A DNA stretch of 64,000 nt from an uncultured Sphingomonadaceae bacterium (GTDB lineage Bacteria; Pseudomonadota; Alphaproteobacteria; Sphingomonadales; Sphingomonadaceae), in NCBI GenBank assembly GCA_947499255.1, contig CANMNF010000002.1, positions 72,430-136,429 on the forward strand. Reading direction: 5' to 3'. Positions within the stretch are counted from its first letter, which is position 1; each line of letters starts with the position of its first letter. Under the pieces are notes generated by a model. It made no database searches. It was not told the DNA's origin and saw nothing but the letters and a program-made list of their open reading frames with translations. Positions 56,674 through 64,000 of this stretch are shown here, one piece after another. The position numbers and the translations under genes are program-made.

Positions 56674-57961
56674 AGGTCATCGTGGGACTATACGCATTTA
56701 CAAACATTGTGCGACCATCGGGTGAGAAACACGCGCCTGCCGGTTCCGTCTGCACACGCAAGCGGGCGAGCGGATAGACGCTGCCTTGCGGCGTGACACC
56801 GCGCAAATGGTTATCGACGACATCATCATAGCTGTCTTCGCACACCACGAGATGGCCATTGGGCGCAACCACCAGATTATCGCCATAGGTATATTCCGCC
56901 TTGGCCGGGCTTTCATAGAACAGCTGCACGGCATCTGGTCCATTGGCTGGCCCATCAGCATTCGGGCGGATGCGGAAGATCTGGCCTTGTTTGGCAACGC
57001 CCCCGCTGGTGCAGGTGAAGTAGAACTCACCATCGCCCATCCAGATGCCTTCACCACGCGCAAACAGGCTCGCGCCCATCGCAGCGCCTCTTTCACGCAA
57101 ATCGTCATCGGGCGCTTCGGGATTGTCGATGGTGCGCCATGTGCCAGCCAGCCATTCGCCGGTTGAAACGGTTTTGCCAGACCAATTGCGGGTATCGGCA
57201 AGGCCATCAATGATTAGCACTTGCAACGTGCCACCTTCAGCCAATTGCCCCTGTACGTTAGGGATAAAACGATACAGCAGAGAATCACCGCGATCTTCGG
57301 TCAGATAGACAATCCCGGTAGCCGGATCGACGCAGGCGGCTTCGTGTTTGAAGCGGCCCATCGCTTTAAGCGGAGGCGGATTTACCTGGCCCGTCGCATT
57401 AGCGGGCACTTCGAAAACCCAGCCATGCGACTGGTTTGCCTTGCCATCGGGCGTTGTCACATCTTCTTCGCAGGTCAGCCAAGTGCCCCATGGCGTCACT
57501 CCGCCGGCGCAATTGCGGATCGTGCCAGCAAATGAGCGGAACTGCTTTTCAACCGCCAAAGTCTGCGCATCGAGCACAAGATTGGTGGTGCCACCGGGCA
57601 GCGGGATAAGGCTTTTGGCCAAGGTATCAAAGGCCGGACCAGAAGCGCCCGCGCCATCATGGTCCACTTTTAATTCATGATTGCGGACCAAAGCGATTTT
57701 GCCATTGCCCAGATCAAAACAGCCCATGCCATCGGCCCGGTCAGGCACAGTGCCGCCATCATCCATCGCATCGCCCAGCCGTGAAACAACACGGTACGAA
57801 AAGCCCGGCGGCAAATCGAGCAGGCCTGCAGGATCAGGCACCAGATCGCCAACCGGCGAATATCCAGAGGCGCGCGGCGGCGGGCTGGCACAACCAGACG
57901 CTGCAAGGGCGGCAAAGGCAGAGCCAGTGGCGGTGAGGAAATTGCGGCGATTGGGTGTCAT
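56645..57961 (-). CDS. PhoX-like / DUF839 secreted phosphatase family protein (Tat signal)
   Basis: ATG at 57961. RRNFLTATGSAFAALAASGCA twin-arginine signal. NCAGGVTPWGTWLTCEE is the hallmark COG3211 motif. Confidence 0.82.
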   Translation of the reverse strand: MTPNRRNFLTATGSAFAALAASGCASPPPRASGYSPVGDLVPDPAGLLDLPPGFSYRVVSRLGDAMDDGGTVPDRADGMGCFDLGNGKIALVRNHELKVDHDGAGASGPAFDTLAKSLIPLPGGTTNLVLDAQTLAVEKQFRSFAGTIRNCAGGVTPWGTWLTCEEDVTTPDGKANQSHGWVFEVPANATGQVNPPPLKAMGRFKHEAACVDPATGIVYLTEDRGDSLLYRFIPNVQGQLAEGGTLQVLIIDGLADTRNWSGKTVSTGEWLAGTWRTIDNPEAPDDDLRERGAAMGASLFARGEGIWMGDGEFYFTCTSGGVAKQGQIFRIRPNADGPANGPDAVQLFYESPAKAEYTYGDNLVVAPNGHLVVCEDSYDDVVDNHLRGVTPQGSVYPLARLRVQTEPAGACFSPDGRTMFVNAYSPTMTFAIQGPWLA

Positions 57962-58052
57962 GACAAGCGGCCTTTCTTGCGCAGGTTTACGCGGTGAATG
58001 ATAACAAGACATGACAGGGGCAAGTCACCTGACCCAAAGGCTGTGATACCGG

Positions 58053-59066
58053 TTACTCAAGCCCCATCGCCGTTTTGATCGCGCCCCAATCGGCCAGTTT
58101 GAAATTCTGCGCCGCAGGTTCGTTCATGCCATCTTGCGCGACAAACAATCCGCCGGGATATTGCGGCCCGAAACTGCCTTCGACCAAAGCGATGCCATCT
58201 GTTTCCTGTGTCGCGCCAAACGCGCCTTGGGCAATGTTGAACCGGCCAAGCGGCGTCACATCGGGCAGGCTGTACACTGCATACGCGTTGTCCCCCTGGC
58301 TCGATGCGACAAGATAGCCGCCCGTCTCGCCTTTGGTCACCAGCGCGAGGCCTTCGACATCGGCGACCATATATTGGTTATCTATTCTCGCAACCATTTC
58401 GCCCGCAGTGCCATTTTTGGCAAAGCGCCAAATCCCGGCGACCTCTTCGCCAACGTATAGTGTGCCATCACGCGGATCGACCACGCATCCTTCGGCCTGT
58501 GTGGGGACAGAAAGGCTGCGCATATTCTCTGCAACAATCGTCTGTCCGCCGATAATGATCGCCACCTCTTCAATGCGGCCATCTTTGAGCACGGAATAGG
58601 CAAACAATGTGCCGCCCGCTTCATTCATGCAAAAGCCATAGCCTTCGCCTGCACCACCCGGCACGCTGCCAATTTCCGTCAGCGTGGCATCGCTGGTGTT
58701 CAATTCCCACAAGCGGATCTGCGCATTGGCCAGATCATTGCGATCGCTTGCCGCCACAATAACGTTGCCGCCCGGAATGGTGGCAATGTCCACATTGTTG
58801 ACCGCGCCCGCTGCATAAAAACCGCGCACTTCACCGGCAAGATCATAGACATACAATCCCGCCTTCTTGTCCGTCGCCACGATCAGGCTGGCGGCAGGAT
58901 CGGCCGCATTGCGCCAGATCGCCGGATCATCGGCGGCATCTTCATTGGCGGTGCCAACAGGCGCAGTTTCCCCCGAAGCCGTGATTGAAACGGGAGGAAG
59001 CCCGGTTGGGGCAGCGCAACCCGCAAGCAGCGCCGCCACCCCTATTGTGAGAGAAAATCGCATCAT
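58053..59066 (-). CDS. beta-propeller phytase (3-phytase, BPP) lipoprotein
   Basis: Lipobox LLAGC. DDPAIWRN...LIVATDKKAGLYVYDL...EGCVVD...VADVEGLAL...GGYLVASSQGDN are BPP blade motifs. ATG overlaps the receptor stop (TGATG). Confidence 0.88.
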   Translation of the reverse strand: MMRFSLTIGVAALLAGCAAPTGLPPVSITASGETAPVGTANEDAADDPAIWRNAADPAASLIVATDKKAGLYVYDLAGEVRGFYAAGAVNNVDIATIPGGNVIVAASDRNDLANAQIRLWELNTSDATLTEIGSVPGGAGEGYGFCMNEAGGTLFAYSVLKDGRIEEVAIIIGGQTIVAENMRSLSVPTQAEGCVVDPRDGTLYVGEEVAGIWRFAKNGTAGEMVARIDNQYMVADVEGLALVTKGETGGYLVASSQGDNAYAVYSLPDVTPLGRFNIAQGAFGATQETDGIALVEGSFGPQYPGGLFVAQDGMNEPAAQNFKLADWGAIKTAMGLE

Positions 59067-61900
59067 CAGAAAGTGACCTTAACACCGCCCTTGAAGGTTC
59101 GGCCATAGATTTCATACTGATAATTGTTCTGCTGCCCGCCCACATTATTGTACGCGAAGAACTCTGCATCGGTGAGATTGACCGCTTCGGCAAAAACCTG
59201 GACCTTTGGCGTCACGCGGTATTTGATGCTGGCATCCAGCTGGAAGTGGCTGTCCACAAAGCGATCTTCTTCCGGTGAACCGTTCAGTTCATCGAGATAA
59301 TCATCGCGGAACGTCCCTGCCAGGCGAACGCTGAACGGACCTTTCTCATATCCGAGTACACCGTTAAACGTGTGCTCGGATGTGGAAGGCAGGCTGATCG
59401 TGCGGGTCGGGCCAGTGGTGCCCAAAACGCCTTCCACCGTATCGCCGGGCACAGTGCCTGTTGCATCGGTGTATGTGTAATTGGCTTGGGTAAGCAGGCC
59501 ATCAAATGGCGCGGGCAATTCGCTCCACTGCTTGGCAAAACCGAATTCAATGCCCCACACCTCAGCGCTATCCCCATTCAACGGGATCACCGCTTCATCA
59601 AATGCGATGCCGTTGAAAACCAGCTGTTCGCCATCGGCTTCATATTCAACATCGACGATGTAATCGCGCACATCTTTGTAGAAGAACGCAAGGCTGATCG
59701 CGCCATTGCCGGAGAAGTAATATTCTGCCGAGGCATCAAGGTTCCATGCCTTGTATGGCAGCAAATTGGGGTTGCCAAATTCGCCTTCGACCCCGTCATT
59801 TTGCTCCGTCGCGAAACGCGGTGCAATTTGGGCAAAGCCAGGGCGCACAAGGCTGCGATAGCCAGCGCCGCGGAAGACAACATTGTCCACCGGCTCAAAC
59901 CGGACATTGAGGCTGGGCAGCCACAAGCCATAATTGCGCGGGGTGAATGTGTCGGAAACGATCACCGTATTTTCACCGGCGGTGGAATCATCGGGCAAAG
60001 TGCCATTTTCTTCGACCAGCTGGGTGAAATTGCCGAAAATATCGGTTTGCGTGTGTTCGTACCGCACACCGCCAATCACGGTCAGGCTATCGCTGTCCCA
60101 GCGGGCAAGCGCATAGCCGGCAAGGATGTCTTCCTCGATCAGATAATCTTCAACCGCGCTATCAAACTGGCTGTCAATTTCCTGCAATTCAAAGTCGCCG
60201 CGATTGGCAAAGAAGAAATCGGACGCTTCGGTGAGGCCGGGCAGTGGGCTGATATCAGTGATGCGATAAGTTGGGCCAATACCCTGCACATCGGCCAGCG
60301 TCAGCCCATCAAGTTCAAAAAAGAGCACGTCTTTATTGAACATCTTATCACGCCAGCGGCCTTTGAAACCGGTTTGGATGGTCAGCACACCGCTATCCAT
60401 GGCAAACTCATGACCTGCATCGAATTTTACCGTGAACTCTTCATCCTGCGCATCGGAAAGGTCGGTAAACTCAACATCTTTGAGACCGTAAAGCTCCGGA
60501 TTGGCGAAGTTGGCCGCCCCTGCTCCGCTTACCGAAAATAACGGCGTGCGCGCATTGGCATAATTGAAATCGACGGTCAGATCGTCAAATTCCTGCTCAA
60601 ATTGGGTTGGATCAACGCTGCCATCTTCAAGTTCGGAAGATTGCGCCCAGCTCACTTGATATTCAAGAAACCACGGGCCGGTTTGCGTTTCACCGCCAAA
60701 GCTGACCGATTTGATTTCCTGGCGTTCAAAGCGGTCCTTCACATCGCTTTCCACCACGATTTCATCGGTGAATTGTGCCGAAGTGCCGCTGCCTGAAACA
60801 GCTGCATCACCAAGGTCAAAAGTTAGACGGCGGCGAAATTCCTGATCGTCAAAACGGCTGTAAAGACCGCGCAGATAGATCTCTGTGGTATCGGAAACGC
60901 GCGCATCGAAACCCAGCGAGGCGCTAATCCGCTCGCGCTCGACATCATAATCACGATATTGCACTTCTTCGGCATAGACGAGGCCGTTATCTTCTTCCCA
61001 ATCATCGGCTTCGATATTGTCGGTTTCAAAGAAACGATTGTAATAAGCGATGCCGCCCGAAATGCCGAAATCATCGCTAACCTTATAGGCAAAATCTGCA
61101 CCCAGACGCGGGCGCAGCTTGTCAGCATATTCGTTATAGCTGCCCTCAGCGCGCACGGTGAACAGATTGGTGCGGCGGTCAAAAGCGCTAACTGTGTTGA
61201 TTTCAATCGAAGCGCCGATTGTGTCCGCATCCATATCCGGCGTCAGTGATTTTTTGACTTCGATGCTTTCAATCACACCGTTGGAAACAACGTCCAATGC
61301 AACGGCACGCGTATCGCCTTCGGGCGATGGAATGCGCACACCGTTGATCGATGTCGCATTGAGCGAGGGATCAAGCCCGCGCACAGAAACAAAGCGGCCT
61401 TCGCCTTGATCGTTAAGAACATTGATACCGGGCAAACGGCGCAAGCTTTCCGCCACATTTTGATCAGGAAACTGGCCAATCGCATCGCGGCTAAGCACAT
61501 CAGAAACCGTGTCGCTGGCATATTTGCGGGACAGTGCATTGGCCTGATTGGCCGCTTGTCCGATCACCAGGATATCGCCGCCCGCCAGGCTGGACAGTGC
61601 AAAATTGACAGTGACATTGCCGCTTTCCGGCACTTCCACTGTCTGGCGCACCAGTTCCGCGCCGACATAGCGCGCCTCAATCGTATAGGTACCAGCGGGC
61701 AGATCGCCGATGCGAAATGAACCATCGCGAGCGGTTGTTGCCGTGCGGCGCAATTCGGGAATGCGGATGACGGCACTTTGCAGCGCCACTGTATCATTGG
61801 CATCGGTGACAATGCCGTTCACATCGCCTGCAAAGGCGGGTGCGGCAGAAATGGCAAGTGCGCCAACGCTGATCGTGGCGAGGAAACGGTTCGTATTCAT
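59066..61900 (-). CDS. TonB-dependent outer-membrane receptor with N-terminal carboxypeptidase-regulatory-like domain
   Basis: ATG at 61900 with a GAAGGAGG RBS (ORF track starts at TTG 61906). Signal peptide. Plug region DVLSRDAIGQFPDQNVAESLRRLPGI. C-terminal ...FKGGVKVTF. Confidence 0.92.
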   Translation of the reverse strand: MNTNRFLATISVGALAISAAPAFAGDVNGIVTDANDTVALQSAVIRIPELRRTATTARDGSFRIGDLPAGTYTIEARYVGAELVRQTVEVPESGNVTVNFALSSLAGGDILVIGQAANQANALSRKYASDTVSDVLSRDAIGQFPDQNVAESLRRLPGINVLNDQGEGRFVSVRGLDPSLNATSINGVRIPSPEGDTRAVALDVVSNGVIESIEVKKSLTPDMDADTIGASIEINTVSAFDRRTNLFTVRAEGSYNEYADKLRPRLGADFAYKVSDDFGISGGIAYYNRFFETDNIEADDWEEDNGLVYAEEVQYRDYDVERERISASLGFDARVSDTTEIYLRGLYSRFDDQEFRRRLTFDLGDAAVSGSGTSAQFTDEIVVESDVKDRFERQEIKSVSFGGETQTGPWFLEYQVSWAQSSELEDGSVDPTQFEQEFDDLTVDFNYANARTPLFSVSGAGAANFANPELYGLKDVEFTDLSDAQDEEFTVKFDAGHEFAMDSGVLTIQTGFKGRWRDKMFNKDVLFFELDGLTLADVQGIGPTYRITDISPLPGLTEASDFFFANRGDFELQEIDSQFDSAVEDYLIEEDILAGYALARWDSDSLTVIGGVRYEHTQTDIFGNFTQLVEENGTLPDDSTAGENTVIVSDTFTPRNYGLWLPSLNVRFEPVDNVVFRGAGYRSLVRPGFAQIAPRFATEQNDGVEGEFGNPNLLPYKAWNLDASAEYYFSGNGAISLAFFYKDVRDYIVDVEYEADGEQLVFNGIAFDEAVIPLNGDSAEVWGIEFGFAKQWSELPAPFDGLLTQANYTYTDATGTVPGDTVEGVLGTTGPTRTISLPSTSEHTFNGVLGYEKGPFSVRLAGTFRDDYLDELNGSPEEDRFVDSHFQLDASIKYRVTPKVQVFAEAVNLTDAEFFAYNNVGGQQNNYQYEIYGRTFKGGVKVTF

Positions 61901-61943
61901 GGGCAAAGCCTCCTTCTCATGGAGGCGCGCCTAGGGGGGCTAC

Positions 61944-61983
61944 GTGTAATGTTCGTGTCAGTCTTGTTACCGGTCGATGACAA
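61944..61983 (-). promoter_or_regulatory. candidate tandem Pho boxes (PhoB binding sites) upstream of the receptor-phytase operon
   Basis: Minus strand TTGTCAT-CGAC-CGGTAAC-AAGA-CTGACAC-GAAC-ATTACAC: four 7-mers at 11-bp phasing resembling CTGTCAT-N4-CTGTCAY, 44-83 nt upstream of the ATG. Confidence 0.45.
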
Positions 61984-62110
61984 TCAACAAACAAACATAT
62001 GCGCGATTGGCCCCGCGCCGGTTAACCGCGATTGCATTTCGACTCGCTGACCATCATGATCATCGCACCATAGCGAACTCGCTGCGATACAGGTCATGAA
62101 AGGAATTGAT

Positions 62111-63355
62111 ATGCGCTCTCATGTTTTATCCCGCCGCGGGTTTATGATAGGAACGGGCGCGGGCGCAGCGGCTGTGATCAGCCCCGGCGTTGCTGCGGCA
62201 AACACCGCTTCCCCGCAGGCGACATCATCAGAGGTACAGAGCCCGCGCGCGATCGGCCAACCCATGCCGCGCGGAGTGAATTTGCCTGCCAAGCCGCCCG
62301 CGCGACCTTCGCCAGACAGTGTCGGTTATGCAATTGTGGGCCTTGGCGGCTATGCCTTAAAACAAATGATGACACGTATCGGGCAGGCCAAGCGTTCGCA
62401 TATTGCGGCCCTAGTTTCCGGTAATCCGCAAAAATTGGCGCAAGTTGGCGATGCCTATGGCGTGCCATCCGCTTCACGCTATTCCTATGAGGATTTCGAT
62501 CGGATTGCCGATGATCCGGGCATTGATGCGGTGTACATCGTCCTGCCAAGCGGATTGCATTGCGAGTTTGCCGAGCGCGCTTTTGTAGCGGGCAAACATG
62601 TTTTGTGTGAAAAGCCGATGGCGCTATCGAGCGCGGAATGCGACCGAATGCTTGCGGCTGCGCAGCGGGCCGACAAGAAGCTGATGATCGCGTATCGGTG
62701 CCATTTCGAACCACACAATCTTGAAGCCATGAAGCTAACAAGCGCAAACACCCTTGGGGATATGCGCCTCATCACAACCCAGCAATCATATCGCATGGGG
62801 CCCACATCGCCGGATAAGAATTGGCGCGTAAATGCGCTTTATGCAGGTGGCGGGCCGCTTGAAGATTTTGGTATATATGGTCTGCAGGCCGCACTGTATC
62901 TTTCCAGCGAAATGCCCACCAGCGTAAGCGCGGCAACCTATCGCCCCACCGGTGACGTGCGGTTCGCAGAAATTTACGCCAAAGTTTCAGCGCAATTGAA
63001 CTTCCCTTCCGGGCTTAGCGCGCAAATCTCGACATCCTATGACAGCGCGAGCAAAAACAGCGTTGCCGCTTATGGCACAAAAGGTGCGCTCAATATGGAA
63101 CCTGCGATAGGGTATGGCGGCCATGTTATGACTTTGCGGCGCGGCAGGGATGAAGAGACGCTCAAACCTGGTGACCCCGAAGTGCAGTTTGCACGCCAGC
63201 TTGACCATCTGGCAGATGCAATCCGCGATGGCATCGCGATCCGCGTACCCGGCGAAATGGGCAGGCGCGATGTCCGCCTGATCGAAGCAATCCATGCCGC
63301 AGGGGAACAAAGCCGCACCATCGCGCTAAATCCCGATGGAACAATGCGCGGATAG
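62111..63355 (+). CDS. Gfo/Idh/MocA family oxidoreductase with twin-arginine signal (glucose-fructose oxidoreductase-like, periplasmic)
   Basis: ATG at 62111 (or 62096). SRRGFMIGTGAGAAAV Tat motif. GLGGYALKQ Rossmann fold. EKPMALS...MIAYRCHFEP family motifs. Confidence 0.85.
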   Translation: MRSHVLSRRGFMIGTGAGAAAVISPGVAAANTASPQATSSEVQSPRAIGQPMPRGVNLPAKPPARPSPDSVGYAIVGLGGYALKQMMTRIGQAKRSHIAALVSGNPQKLAQVGDAYGVPSASRYSYEDFDRIADDPGIDAVYIVLPSGLHCEFAERAFVAGKHVLCEKPMALSSAECDRMLAAAQRADKKLMIAYRCHFEPHNLEAMKLTSANTLGDMRLITTQQSYRMGPTSPDKNWRVNALYAGGGPLEDFGIYGLQAALYLSSEMPTSVSAATYRPTGDVRFAEIYAKVSAQLNFPSGLSAQISTSYDSASKNSVAAYGTKGALNMEPAIGYGGHVMTLRRGRDEETLKPGDPEVQFARQLDHLADAIRDGIAIRVPGEMGRRDVRLIEAIHAAGEQSRTIALNPDGTMRG

Positions 63356-63413
63356 CAGGCGCTAGAAAGGCGAGAGTTCAAATCGGCTCACCAATGCCGA
63401 AGGCGCGCTACGA

Positions 63414-64000
63414 TTATAGCAAAGCGTGCACAGTAAGGTTGCGATATTCCCCGATCAATGGTGCCATCTGGCGAAAGCCGAGATAGCCAGTGTCAAATCT
63501 GGCAAAATCGCCTTCTGCCTGAAGCGTTGGAAAGTCATTGATATAGAACGCAATTGTCCCAGCCGTTTTGCGAAGGCGGAAGCTATAGAAGGCGTCGGCG
63601 GGCCAATCTTCCAAAGACGGCAGGGGATCGGCGGCCTGTGCGCGCAATGCGAAACCTGGATTTTCGCGCAGGTTGCAAAGCCCAAACGCACGTTCTCGCG
63701 GATAGCGCCGGCGGAAATATGACAGCCCGATATTCTGGATGTCACCACGTATATACTGCTCATAAATACCGGCTCGCGGCGCCAAAGCGGGATCGAACAG
63801 ATCGCGTCCGTTGAGGCCATCGGCAAACAAGAGCAAGACACACAGGCCCGGCTCACGCAACGGGCGGAACTCCCAGCTGATCTCGACATCGCCTTCCATC
63901 CGAACATCCGACCAGAAAACGATATTGGCCGCCTGCCCATCTTCAGCTGGCCGCGTATTCTCAATGCGCAAAGCACCATCTGGAAATTCTATTGCGGCGG
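63414..64000 (-). CDS. DUF1961 (YesU-like) family protein, N-terminus off window
   Basis: The frame stays open to the window edge. GLCVLLLFA...RDLFDP...LSYFRRRYPRERAFGLCNLRENPGF...ADPLPS...GFRQMAP aligns with my recollection of B. subtilis YesU. Confidence 0.75.
   Translation of the reverse strand, partial: AAIEFPDGALRIENTRPAEDGQAANIVFWSDVRMEGDVEISWEFRPLREPGLCVLLLFADGLNGRDLFDPALAPRAGIYEQYIRGDIQNIGLSYFRRRYPRERAFGLCNLRENPGFALRAQAADPLPSLEDWPADAFYSFRLRKTAGTIAFYINDFPTLQAEGDFARFDTGYLGFRQMAPLIGEYRNLTVHALL

Noticed and set aside
59372-60541. 389-aa plus-strand ORF
   Set aside because: It is antisense to the TonB-dependent receptor.

Overview
High-GC (about 60% by eye) chromosomal segment that looks alphaproteobacterial, most like Sphingomonadales/Erythrobacteraceae: SspB-alpha, DUF2312 (GapR-like), DUF1244 next to pyk, and a crtY-crtI-crtB carotenoid cluster. 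Most of the window is densely packed core metabolism and housekeeping: hisBHAF, gmk, dapD, thiC behind a TPP riboswitch, dinB, ruvC/yebC, dps, pyk, acs/actP, cysQ, glpD. Several accessory pieces are interleaved. (1) A visibly lower-GC islet at about 50.1-52.5 kb carries a lipoprotein gene coupled to a signal-less, frameshifted class-3 lipase, next to a decayed IS6-family element. (2) A phosphate-scavenging operon encodes a TonB-dependent receptor, a beta-propeller phytase, a PhoX-like protein and an LMW phosphatase; Pho-box-like repeats lie upstream and a Tat-exported Gfo/Idh/MocA oxidoreductase is divergently transcribed. (3) The carotenoid cluster is split by a 431-bp repeat-filled spacer and a LOG-family gene. 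(4) A Doc/AbrB-type toxin-antitoxin pair has an unusual 88-bp structured spacer. (5) Two autotransporter-type surface proteins are present (S8 protease, YadA-like adhesin). (6) Several tightly coupled operons consist only of domains of unknown function. I found no CRISPR array, rRNA, prophage or recognisable defence system. The best candidates for something undescribed are the lipoprotein/lipase module, the extra genes attached to the phytase operon, the DUF427-DUF985-DoxX operon, and a few non-coding repeat or structure elements. All family calls come from motif recognition by eye, not from database searches. Start codons are often uncertain because the ORF track allows GTG/TTG starts.
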